Positions 50,768 through 62,279 of a DNA stretch of 64,000 nucleotides are shown in pieces. The position numbers and the translations under genes were made by a program. The notes beneath the pieces are model-generated. The model saw only the letters and a program-made list of their open reading frames with translations. It did no database searches and was not told the origin of the DNA. The DNA is from Chiloscyllium plagiosum (taxonomy: Eukaryota), in the NCBI RefSeq assembly GCF_004010195.1, contig NC_057719.1, positions 7,297,932 to 7,361,931 of the forward strand, written 5' to 3'. Each line of letters starts with the position of its first letter. Position 1 is the stretch's first letter.

Positions 50768-51067
50768 GGGCGGCATGGTGGCTCAGTGGTTAGCACTGCT
50801 GCCTCACACCGCCAGGGACTCAGGTTCAATTCCAGCCTCGGGTGACTGTCTGTGTGGAGTTTGCACATTCTCCCCATGTCTGCATGGGTTTGCTCCGGGT
50901 GCTCCGGTTTCCTCCCACAGTCCAAAGATGTGCAGGTTAGGTGAATTGGCCATGCTAAATTGCTCATAGTGTTAGGTGCATTAGTCAGAGTGAAATAGGT
51001 CTGGGTGGGTTACTCTTGGGAGTGTTGGGCTGAAAGACCTGTTTCCACACTGTAGGGGAATCTAATC
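50768..51067 (+). mobile_element. HE1-like V-SINE
   Basis: A box TGGCTCAGTGG, B box GGTTCAATTCC, V domain, AATCTAATC tail. Confidence 0.92.
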
Positions 51068-52509
51068 AATCTTGTGGATGGTACTCACTGCTACTGAACA
51101 TTGATTTTGGAGGGAGTGGATGCTTGTGGATATGGTGCCCATCAAGCAGTCTGCTTTATCTTCAAGAAGCTTGACACCATCCAAGACAACTAATAGTTTA
51201 TCTCCTTCAAATACATTCATAACTAAAAATACAACTCTTTTAATGGACCAGTAAGTGATCATTTACTTATTTTACATTCACTAATAAACATAGTTTGCCT
51301 TCTTTAAATTCAACTAACAGCTTCCTTTAATTAAAATATTTTACTTTATCGATAACTTTAAGCTAATGGCAAAACATTATGTTTGTGTTTTAATAAGCTA
51401 GTTTAAAATAGACTCAATTTTTTGAGTTTAATCCTTGTAACTATACTTGATCTTATTCTGTATTGCAATCCTACTTTTGCTTTCAAATTCAGTCAGTCTA
51501 TATTAGGATGGAGGATGGATAATTATTTGTCCAATCCAATATTCTGAAGTTGATTTTGTTTTAAGAGGTCATTATTGGATTCAATATGTACATAGAACTG
51601 ATGCAGTAATCACCTATTAGTTGACATCTTTAGCATGGTGCCATACTAGATCATAATTATTTGACATAATTGTATGATACCTTAATCTTGACACCTTAGA
51701 TACTTCTCTTTAATATCTAGTGGCATTACCTGATGTCTGATGGATATGGTAGACATTCAGTGCGACTTGCAGATGTCTGCTGTACAGGTCTACAGTCACT
51801 AATGAATGCATTATTTATTTGTTCATGTGTTGTGGGTATCCTGATTAGTTAATCATCCCTAAATGCCTTGGGAAGGTGGTGGCGAGCTGCCTTCTTGATT
51901 TGGCTCAGTCCTTGGGATGTTAGGACACTCCAGTGCAGTTTAGAAGGGAGTTCCAGGATTTCAACTCTTCACTTATGCAAAATCTAGGATCAAGTGCTGT
52001 AAAAGGATTTTTATTTTAATCTGTAGGAAGTAGCAATCCCTCTGCATTAGACTATCGCTGCTGTAGCTCCAAAGATTCATGATTTGCAGTTTGATTCCTT
52101 GTGTTCTTCTATCAAATGAGCTTCCTGGTCCTTTGTTCTTTAGACAAGAAGTGAAATGAATGGAAAGTCAAGTTCTCTTGATACCACCCCAACCAACACT
52201 CCCAAGACAGGGACAGCACGGGGCTGATTACAGAGTAAAGCTTCCTCTATGCCTCAAAGTAAAAGTAAACTGGAAATAACGTTCCCTCGACTCTTTTGAA
52301 TAGAAAGCAAGGTTACCTTGACTCCAGGGTCAGGGACAACATAGGGTTAAAAACGGTGATCCCCCTCCCACTCTCTGATTGCACACCAATAAAATTCAGT
52401 ATGTTGATTTCTATTATTGTACATGCATACTAACTTTGTGTTTCTAATATAATTACAGGTAGTAGACTCTGAACACCAAAACTTACAATATTCACATCCT
52501 TTAAAAATA

Positions 52510-53320
52510 TTCTGATTTTGAATTCTTGATTCCAAATGAATAACAGCATCCCTGCCCATATTAGACTTCATCGACCACTTACTTATGTCTCTTTGCAGCC
52601 TCTTTGTGTTGAACTAACAGCTTACATTTCTATCTAGACTTTTATTGTCAACAAACTTGGATACATTACTCTTGGTCTCTTCATCAAGTTATTCATAAAG
52701 ATTATAAACAGTTGAGACCCCGGTACTGATCCTTTCTGGACTATGCTAGTCACATCTTGAAAAGGCCCCATTTATTCCTGGACTTTGTCTTTTATTTGTT
52801 AACCAATTCTCTATCCACATTAATATATTATCTCTAGCACCATGAACCCTTTATCTTGATTGTAAACGTTTTGTATGGTACCTTATTAAAGCTCTTTGGA
52901 AATCCAAGTATGTCGCATCTGCTGGTTGTCTACTCCACTAGCATTCTCAAAATGTATAATGAATTAAAATTAATTAATTATAGGAAATGAAATCAAGTTG
53001 TTGATTTTGTCTGATGATGGCTGTGATTTTCTCAGTGTATTGTTAAGACTACCTTTCATAGAAGATTTCAATGTTTTCCTGATGACTGGTGTCTGGCTAA
53101 CTGGCCTGTACTCTGTTTTCTAGCCTCTCCTTTCTGAAATAGGAGTGGTATATTTGCTAACTTTCAACACAGTGGGATGTTCTACAATCAATGGGATTTT
53201 GAAAAGTCAGAGCTACTTATCTCCACAGCCACCTCTTTTAGAATCCTAGGACATAGGCCAAAAGGTTCTGGGAATCTGTCAGATTTAAATTTCTTAAGTT
53301 TCTCCAGTACAATTTAAATG
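52510..53320 (-). mobile_element. Old CR1 RT remnant
   Basis: Degenerate YLDFQ, GSVxG and SKFVDNKS motifs on minus. Confidence 0.6.
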
Positions 53321-53639
53321 CTGATATTATTAGCTTATGTTCATCACTCTTGTTAGTGTATAGCTTACCCTTTATTTCTGATATGTATTCTGTCTTTTAC
53401 AGCAGGGCTTACCGAACTGAGGGTCACAACTGCCATGAGAATGGATTTTGGGTTCACAAACTCTGGGGCAGCAATGGCTGCCATGGAACTCATACTGAAT
53501 GCTAACTTTTGTGAGGGTCCAGTCCACCCAAAGCTTACGAATAATAACTTTAGAATTGACATTTATATAAAATTTTGACAGCACTGGAAATGCACAATAA
53601 TCAGTTTCTCAGATATTTTCAGTGTAACCGTCCTTCCCA

Positions 53640-54020
53640 GATGGCTGCTGTCATATAGTGGGCATATATAGCAAACTGCAACTTCAGACTTAGTCTTAAT
53701 CATCATTGACGGTCTCTTGCAGACAAGAGTGACTGTTTTCCACTTTCAGGGTGAGACTGTAGGTGGATGTATAAACCAATGCGGCTATTGCAGGTTCTGT
53801 TACACATGGGGGAGGAGGTGGTAATGGGAAGGGGTGGGTGAAGTGTTGGTGTGGCAGCGCGCTTCCTTCATCGTTTTTATCTGGCTTCCACTTTTTCCCA
53901 GCAGCAAATCTTGAGGTGTTCAACACCTTCCCAGATGATCTACTCCCCAATTTGGACAGTTTTGGGCCAGTGGTTCCCTGGTGTCTGTTGGAATGCTGCA
54001 CTTGAGGGTCTTAATGTATT
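53640..54020 (-). mobile_element. RTE LINE 3' end remnant
   Basis: SIPTDTREPLAQNCPNW...IWEGVEHL resembles the RTE ORF C-terminus. Confidence 0.55.
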
Positions 54021-54989
54021 TGTCACTGCAATGTAAGTTGAAAGCAATTAGTGTTGAACATAAAAAGTGAAGGAAGTTCTAATTAAATAATTGGTGTAAT
54101 CATCTGCTGAGAATCCAAGGAAATTAATTTTTACTTCCTGTTGTTCACCCTTTCCAAACTAAATCTCTGCTCCCCAAGCTGAGACAGTGAGAATATTACT
54201 GGAGTCTAATTTCACCGTGATCCAAGAGCAAAGCGTGAGAACACAGCTGGAACTGGTTCTGTCATAGCAACTGATATTAATTCATCCCTGGTTTAAATAC
54301 TGAATCTCTCTCACATCCTGAGTACCTTTTAAAGTTTCCTAATGAAGATATTCTGGGTTGGTAAAAACTTTATGTTCAGAGTGCTCTGGGCACAGTGAAA
54401 AGTTGCTCATATTATTTTAAAGCTCTGTGAGGTTTCACTTCAGCTTTTTGCCATAGTATCAATGTGCATCTCCACAAAATCTTGTTGCCCTCGATGACTG
54501 TCTAGTGGTTGTACCAGTACTGAATAGAAGGATTGAGTACAAGATGCAGATGTTCATAAAGCTCTGGTTAGGTCACAACTGGAATAGTCCATCTAGTTCT
54601 GGTCAACACATTATGAAAAGGGTGGGACATAGAAGGAGGCGGTTATCTGGAATACTTCCAGGGATGAGATTTTAGCGACATGATTAGGTTGGAGAAGCTA
54701 GTCTCATTCTTGTTGGAACAAATGAGATTCAAGAAAGATTTTATAAAGGCGTGCATGCTGTAGTTCACCTTTCCAAACTAAATCTCTGCTCTCAGGGCAG
54801 ATTCAGATCAGCCATGATCTTACTTAATGGTGGAGCAGGATCAAAGGGCCTATGGCTGTTGCAAGCCAGATCTACCAGAATGTTGGATGGATCTCTGGCC
54901 ATTTGCTGTTTGATGTTGAACATTATATCATCCTAAAATTACTCAAGAGTCACCTCCTGGATTGAAGATGTAACTGAAATCAGCTGGGC

Positions 54990-56310
54990 AGCCATCAAGC
55001 AGACTTGAGGGCTAACGTGGATCTCAGGTAGATAGGATAGTGAAGAAGACATTTAGTATGCTTTCCTTTATTGGTCAGAGCATTGAGTGTAGGAGTCTAG
55101 ATTAGAATGGTGCTGGAAAAGCACAGTAGGTCAGGCAGCATCCGGAGGAGCAGGAAAATCGACGTTTCGGGCAAAAGGCCTTCATCAGGAATGAAGGCAA
55201 TGAGCCTCCAGGGTGGAGAGATAAATGGTAGGGGGATGGGGCTGGGGAGAAGGTAGCCAAGTGTACAATAGGTGGGTGGAGGTGGGGATGAATGTGATAG
55301 GTCAGCGAGGAGGGTGGAGCGGATAAGTGGGAAGGAAGATTGGCAGGTAGGACAGGTTATGAGGATGGTGCTGAGCTGGAATTGGGGTAAGATGGGGGGA
55401 GGGGAAATGAGGAAACTGGTGAAGTCCACACTGATGTCCTGGGGTTGAAGTGTTCCGAGGCGGCAGATCAGGCATTCTTCCTCCAGACGTCGGGTGGTGA
55501 GGGAATGGCGGCGGAGGAGGCCCAGAACCTGTATGTCCTCAGCAGGGTGGGAGGGGGAGTTGAAATCTTGGATTATGGGGCTGTGGGGTTGATTGTTGCG
55601 GGTGTCCCAGAAATATTCCCTAAAGCGCTCTGTGAGAAGGCGTCCAGTCTCCCCATTGTAGAGGAGACCGCATCGGGAGCAACGGATACAACAAATGACG
55701 CTGGTGGATGTGCAGTGCAGGAGTTGGGAGGTCATGTTGTGGCTGTATAGGACATTGATTAGGCCACTTTTGGAATATTGTGTGCAATTGTGGTCCCCCT
55801 CCTCTAGGAAGGATGTTGTGAAACTTGAAAGAGTTCAGAAAAGATTTACAAGGATGTTGTCAGGGTTGGAGGGTCTGACCTATAGAGAGAGTCTGAATAG
55901 GCTAGGGCTAATTTCCCTGGAGTGTTGGAGGGATGAGGGTTGACCTGATAGAGTTTTATAAAATCATGAGGGGCACGGATAGGGTAAATAGACAAGGTCT
56001 TTTCCCTGGGTTGGGGGAGTGCAGAACTCGAGGGCATAGGTTTAGGGTGAGAGGGACAAGATTTAAAAGAGATCTAAAGGGCAACCTTTTCACACAAAGC
56101 GTGGTGCATACATGAATTGCTAGAGGAAGTGGTGGGGGCTGGTACAATTACAACATTTAAAAGGCATCTGAATGTGTACATGCATAGGAATGGTTCAGAG
56201 GGAAATGGGCTAAGTGCTGGCAAATGGGACTAGATTAGTTTTGGATATCTGGTCAGCATGGACAAGTTGGACCGAAGGGTCTGTTTCTGTGCTGTACACC
56301 TCTATGACTC
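54990..56310 (+). mobile_element. CR1 3' part interrupted by a Penelope insertion
   Basis: LYRTLIRPLLEYCVQLWSP...RTRGHRFRVRG; CTCTATGACTC tail. Confidence 0.9.
55097..55713 (-). mobile_element. Penelope family B 3' fragment with GIY-YIG endonuclease; hammerhead at 55157-55192
   Basis: CTSTSVICCIRCSRCGLLYNGETGR..RFREY..RRLEEECLICRLGTLQP; TSD AGTGTAGGAGT (55086-55096) / AGTGCAGGAGT (55714-55724); ATTC-CTGATGA-A-GGCC-TTTT-GCCC-GAAA-CG-TC. Confidence 0.9.
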
Positions 56311-56834
56311 CAGTTCTTTAGATTTGTATCTCTGTAAATTGATGTTTTGAGGAATCAGTTGAAAACTTTGTTTTGCTGCATGTTTTAAGATTCTTCTAAA
56401 CAATAGTCTTAAAAAAGCTTGTTTTTTTTACTTTGGTCCTTTGTGTTAAAAATTTATGTTGTATTATTAATGAAACTTCGCAGTCTCATTGTGAATATGT
56501 TTCAGTCACTGAACACCACAATTCTAAAATAAAAAAAAGTCTTCTATCAAGCCAAATTTCATTGAGTTTTCCAGTAATACTATCAGCTGGAATTATAATA
56601 GGTGATAGAAGAAGTAACGCTTTTAACTAGGTTTCTAGGGAAGTTCATTAAAGTGAATTGTAGAATTGTTTGGGAAAAATGAAAGGTGAAGGGAGTGGAT
56701 CCTTTAGTATTTCAAGAAGCAACATTGGACTTAATGGGTTTCACCTGTTGTTTTCAATTATTTCCATTATCTAAATATTAAATTGCTTCATGTATCTCTG
56801 TATTCCCAGGATAGTGGTTAATGCAGCAGAATGA

Positions 56835-57200
56835 TGAACATGGAAACAGTAAAAGGCCATTCAGCTTATTGAGTCTGCTCCACTATTGAAAATGATCATG
56901 GTTGATTGAATATTTCAATGCCTTTTACCCACACCATTGCCATAACACTTTACACCAATGATAATCAAATAATTATCAACCTCTCCCTTAAATATACTCA
57001 AAAGACTGAGCTGTCTGGGGTAGAGATTTAAAAGATTCACCATGTGAGTAAAAACAAAATTTCCACAGCTCTTTCCTAAATAGCATCCCCCTTATTTCTA
57101 CATTGTGCTCTCTGGTTCTAGACCTCCACAACTGGGGAGAACATCTCACCTGTGTATCCCTTTAAGTGTTTTGTAGGTTTCAATGAGATCATCTCTTATT
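56835..57200 (-). mobile_element. CR1 3' end, decayed
   Basis: Similar to 49735-50190. Confidence 0.7.
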
Positions 57201-57257
57201 CTTAGTATACTCCTTATAAACTCACCACTGTGTGGCCTAATTTGGCTCTAACTCCAT

Positions 57258-57870
57258 TTACAAGTTTGCAAATGACACCACCATAACGGGTTGGATCCTA
57301 AACAACGATGAGACGGAGTACAGATAAGAGATAGAGAGCAAATTGCCATGGTGTAAAGAAAACACTCTCTCCCTCAATGTCAGCAAAATGAAGGGGCTGG
57401 TCATCAACTTCAGGAAGTGTAGTGGAGGACATGCCGCTGTCTGTATCAATGGTGCTGAGGAGAGATGGTTGAGAGCATCAAGTTCCAAAGAGTAAATATC
57501 ACCAACAATCTGTCCTGGTCCATCCATGTTGACGCTATGGTGAAGAAAGCACATCAATGCTCCTACTTCCTCAGATGGCTAAGGAAATTCAGCATGTCTG
57601 CAATGGCTCTTAGCAATGTTTACAGATGCACCATAGAAAGCATCCTATCTGATTGCATCACAGCTAGGTATGGCAACTGTTCTACCCAAGACTGCAAGAA
57701 ATCACAGCGCTTTGTGAACTCGGCCTGGTCCAGACTTCCATCCTTCTATATTTCGCACTACCTGGGGAAAGCAGCCAACATAACCAAAGACACTTCCACC
57801 CTGGTTATACTCTCTTTCACCCTCTTCCATCGGACATAAGATATAAAAGTTTGAAAACATGTACCAAAAG
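57258..57870 (+). mobile_element. Rex1/Babar-clade LINE RT C-terminal fragment
   Basis: KFANDTTI, SLNVSKMKGLVINFRK, ITNNLSWS..KKAHQCSYFLRWLRKF..YRCTIESIL. Confidence 0.85.
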
Positions 57871-58626
57871 TCCTCACTTCCCATATGGAAAACTGTTTAA
57901 TTGAGGGAATTAATGGAATTGAGGGAAACATGGCAAGATAGATCAGAAACTAGCTTAGTAATAGAACACAAAGAGTAGTGATAGAAGGCAGTCTGAGTGA
58001 TTGGAGAGCGATGTCTAGCAGTATACCACAGAGATCCGTAATGGAACCCTTATTATTACACACATAAATTATATAAATGAAAATGTCAGAGGAATGTTAA
58101 GCAAGTTTGCACATGATACCAAGATTGCTTGAGTGGTTAATATTGAAGATAGCTGTAGGGTACGAAGATACAGAACGATTGATCAGATGGACAGACTGCT
58201 GGTAGATACTACTTAATTCTTGTAAGTGCGAGGTGATGCACTTTGGAAGTAGAAACAAGATGAGGAAGTATATAATGAATAGCAGGATACTAGATAGCTT
58301 AGAGGAACAGTGGGATCTTGGGGTAATTATTTGCAGATCCCCGAGCATGTGACTAGGATAGTTAAGAAGGCATATGGGATATTGCCTTTCATCAGTCGTG
58401 GCATAGGGTATAAAAGCAAAGAGGTAATGTTGGATTTGCACAAGAGTGTTAGTCAAATCTCACTTGAAGTAGTATGTGCAATTCTGGTCACCGCACTACA
58501 GGAAGGATGTGATAGCACTGCAGAGGATGCAGCAGAGTTTCACCAGGATGTTGCCTGGGATGGAGAAATTGAGCTATAAGAAGAGATTAGATAGGCTTGG
58601 AATGTTTTCTTTAGAGCAAAGAAGAC

Positions 58627-58930
58627 ACGGTGGCACAGTGGTCAGCACTGCTGCCTCACAGCACCAGAGACCCGGGTTCAATTCCCACCTCAGGCGACTG
58701 ACTGTGTGGAGTTTGCACGTTCTCCCCGTGTCTGCGTGGGTTTCCTCCGGGTGCTCCGGTTTCCTCCCACAGTCCAAAGATGTGCAGGTCAGGTGAATTG
58801 GCCATGCTAAATTGCCCGTAGTGTTAGGTAAGGGGTAAGTGTAGGGGTATGGGTGGGTTGCGCTTCGGCGGGGCGGTGTGGACTTGTTGGGCCGAAGGGC
58901 CTGTTTCCACACTGTAAGTAATCTAATCTA
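58627..58930 (+). mobile_element. HE1-like V-SINE, well preserved
   Basis: A and B boxes, CpG-rich V domain, AATCTAATCTA tail; AAGAC duplicated at 58622-58626 and 58931-58935. Confidence 0.93.
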
Positions 58931-58998
58931 AAGACTGAGGGCAGACATGATTGAGGTGTATAAGATTATGAGGGGTATGGACAGGGTGAAGAGAAAGC

Positions 58999-59190
58999 AG
59001 CTGAAAATGTGTTGCTGGAAAAGTGCAGCAGGTCAGGCAGCATCCAGGGAACAGGAGAATCGACGTTTCAGAAGGGCTTATGCCCGAAACGTCGATTCTC
59101 CTGTTCCATGGATGCTGCCTGACCTGCTGCGCTTTTCCAGCAACACATTTTCAGCTCTGATCTCCAGCATCTGCAGACCTCACTTTCTCC
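58999..59190. mobile_element. Penelope family B fold-back mini-insert forming a 71-bp hairpin
   Basis: Arms 58999-59069 and 59086-59156 are complementary at 69/71 positions; flanking duplication TGAA(G/T)AGAAAGCAGCTG at 58987-59003 and 59191-59207. Confidence 0.9.
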
Positions 59191-59529
59191 TGAATAGAAA
59201 GCAGCTGTTCCCCTTGTTTGAGGGGTCAGTCACAAGAGGGCATAGTTTTAGGGTAAGGGCAAGGGATTCAGAGAAGATTTGGGAAAAAACCCTTTTCACT
59301 CAGCCTGTCGTGGGAATCTGAAATGCATTGCCAGGGAAGGTAGTGGAGGCTGGAAATCTTACAAAAAAATTGGATGAGTACTTTAAATAGAACACCCAGT
59401 ACAGAAGGACAGTGAAAAGTTTTTACAATAGTTGCCTTCTAATGGTGCCATCTTAGATACATGTACCTAGGTACAAATCTTGGATACAAAAGAGGAGTAA
59501 AAGGAAAAGTAGTAGTATTACTTACTGTA

Positions 59530-60035
59530 AGGTTTGTGAAGGTTTGTAGTTCAGGTTGAGGTTTAGGGTGTAGGTTTGCTCGCCGAGCTGTAGGTTTGAT
59601 ATCCAGACGTTTCATTACCTGGCTAGGTAACATCATCAGTAGCGACTTTTTCATCCGTGTGTAGGGCTATGAGGGAGAGAGGGTCGTTTCTATTTGTGGC
59701 TAGCTGGTGTTCATGTTCATGAAAGTGGCTAACTTTCTTCCTGTTTGTCCTATATAGTGTTTGTGGCAGTCCTTGCATGGAATTTTGTGGTTGACGTTGG
59801 TTTTGTCCATGGGTTGTACTGGGTCTTTTAAGTTTGTTAGTTTTTGTTTGAGAGTGTTGGTGGGTTTGTGTGCTACTAGGATTCCGAGGGGTCTTAGTAG
59901 TCTGGCTGTCATTTCTGAATCTTCTTTGATGTATGGTAAGGTGGTTAGGGTTTCTGGCTGTGTTTGGTCTGCTTGTCGTGGTTTGTTCTTGAGGAATCTG
60001 CGCACTGTATTTTTTGAGTATCCGTTCTTCAGGAA
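59530..60035 (-). mobile_element. Penelope family A-related fragment, GIY-YIG N-terminus joined to pLTR
   Basis: TLPYIK..ARLLRPLGI..HKPTNTL..NVNHKIPCKDCHKHYIGQTGRKL. Confidence 0.88.
59603..59642 (-). ncRNA. Minimal type-I hammerhead ribozyme motif (Penelope family A)
   Basis: Minus strand CTA-CTGATGA-T-GTTACCT-AGCC-AGGTAAT-GAAA-CG-TC-TGG; 7-bp stem II, intact core. Confidence 0.72.
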
Positions 60036-60059
60036 GAAAGTTAGCCACCAGGATACACG

Positions 60060-60890
60060 AACACCGAGATCCGGGGTGAGCGAGCTAGCTGGATACAAAA
60101 CTGGGTTGGTCATAGAAGACAGAGAGTAACGGTGGAAGGGTGCTTTTTGAAACAGAGATCATAACTAGTGGTGTTCTGCAGGGATCAGTGCTGTTTGTTG
60201 TTTGTAACATGTATAAATGGTTTGGAGTAAAATGTAGGTGATCTGATTAGTAAGTTTGCAGATGGCACCAAAGTTGGCAGAGTGGCAGATATTGACGAGG
60301 ATTATCAAAGGATACAATGGGATACAGAGAGATTGCAGATATGGGTAGAGAAATGGTAGATGGAGTTGAATGACAGAACCCTTAGGAACATTAACATATA
60401 GAGAGATCTAGGCATACAGGTCAACACAAGTGCATGAGGTGGTCAAGAAGGTATATAGCATCCTTACATTCATTGGCTGGGGCACTGAATATGAAAGTTA
60501 GCAAATTATGTTACAGCCATATAAAACGTTAGGCCACACTTGGAATATTGCGTGCAGTTCTGGTTGTCACACTACTGGAATGACGTGGATGTTTTGGAGA
60601 GAGAACATTGACTCGGATGTTGCCTGGTCTAGAAGTTTTAGTTATGAGGCGAGGTTCAATGTGAGAGAGGGAAAGTTTATGGGAGAAGTGCAAAAAGGTT
60701 TTCACACAAAGTGTGGGAGGTGCCAAGAACACAATGCCAGCAAAGTGAAGGAAGCAGCCATGTTTTGATAGACACATGAACAGGATGGGAACATAGGGGT
60801 AGAAGCCACAAATGGGCAATAAGTTGTGGGTCTAAATATGGATTAAGAATTGGCACAGGACTGTTTCTGTGCTAAATTGTAATGTATTGT
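60060..60890 (+). mobile_element. CR1 3' half with deletions
   Basis: LISKFADGTKVG, LGHTWNIA (frameshifted RPHLEY region), 3' UTR. Confidence 0.8.
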
Positions 60891-62279
60891 GCATTGCATA
60901 ACTACATAATACTAGATAGAAAATAGCCTGTCCTTTAATTGGCTCAACATGCTGCTATGGAAAACCATCCCTAAGACAATTTCAAAACTTGTCATCTATA
61001 CGTTTAACACTCAATTGGTTTACCCAATCTATATGCAAATTAAAATCACTCATCATTATTATGTTGCAAATACTACAAACTTTTCTCATCTTCTGGCTTT
61101 ACCATGTTCTACATTACCACTACTTTTTGGTGGCCTATAAATAAATCCAATATCTGCATTCCCTTGCTTTTTTTTAGTGGCAACGAAACAGATTCTACAC
61201 AACTGCTCTTCCTCTCTGATAAACTGATCTTATCTTTTATTATCAGTGAAATTCCACCTTCTTGTCTCTTGCTAAACATCAAATGTCCTTGAAAATTCAG
61301 TTCCGAGTCCTAGTCACCATGCAGCCATGTTTCTGTGATGGCAAATATATCATTATCATTTATATCTATTTATGCCTTTAGATTTATCTATCTCAATGCT
61401 TGGCTTTGTATTTCCTGTCTTTTTTCCCCTCCCTCACAGCTTTTCTATTTCCTGTTACCAGCTTAATTCTATTCTAAGTTGGGTTACCCTTGAGATTCTC
61501 ATTTCTTCTGACAAGCTATCTTAAACTAATCTTGCAGCATATCTTCCTGTGAGACATGAGTCCCACTAGAATATCATCCCAGAAGGATTTAATTTAGTGG
61601 ACAATACTATTTATATTGTTACAGTTTCTCAGAATATTGTACTTAGCTGTTTACTTCTGGTCTTTTAGCTGAGGGTTGTATTGTGGAACACTTTTTTTAC
61701 TTAAATTATTTGAATAATGCTTAGCTGAAGAGCTCCTCAAGGAGTGGAAGTTTGAGGTCTGATTGACCTCTGGTGAAAGAGATGCATTTCCAATTGTCAG
61801 AATAGGAAGAAGGATTGCTGTTTCTGTTAACAGTCATTTTAATTTTGGCTACATTTCCACAATAATTGGAGAACTTGGACAATCTTTATATTTTAAAGAA
61901 TGGATAAAGTTATTTCTTAATTACCTTTCTCTGTTTCATTACTGTTCTCTTAAATACTTTTCCAATGGATGGTGAGTGTGAAATCAGGAACACATTTTCC
62001 TTATCTGGCTCTCAAATATTGTCCTCTGACTGCAGGGAGCGGCCCATAAACTAATTACATTTCTACAGTGGGGACATGTGAATGGAGGGACAGTAAGTAT
62101 TTTGTGGTAACAGCATTCTCTTAAATCCCATCTTGTTAAAATTAAGATCTGTGGCTCTCCAATCCAGCTGTGGCACATAAACACTAAACAATAAAGATGA
62201 TAACAATAGTGAGGCCCTTTTTTCTGCCAACGATGCTAATGGTACAATTACAAAGTGTGGAGACAAAAGAGAGAGGGGG

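Larger units (their letters stand above)
57890..59390 (+). mobile_element. CR1 3' half carrying a SINE and a Penelope hairpin
   Basis: SKFAHDTK, QFWSPHYRKDV, IEVYKIMRGMDRV, TRGHSF. Confidence 0.88.

Noticed and set aside
50768..50840. tRNA gene-like A and B boxes (also at 22900-22966 and 58627-58690)
   Set aside because: These are SINE heads continuous with the V domain and LINE-derived tail, not tRNA genes.
53365..53590. Overlapping short ORFs with splice-like signals on both strands
   Set aside because: No recognisable protein and no consistent exon chain; cannot be supported.
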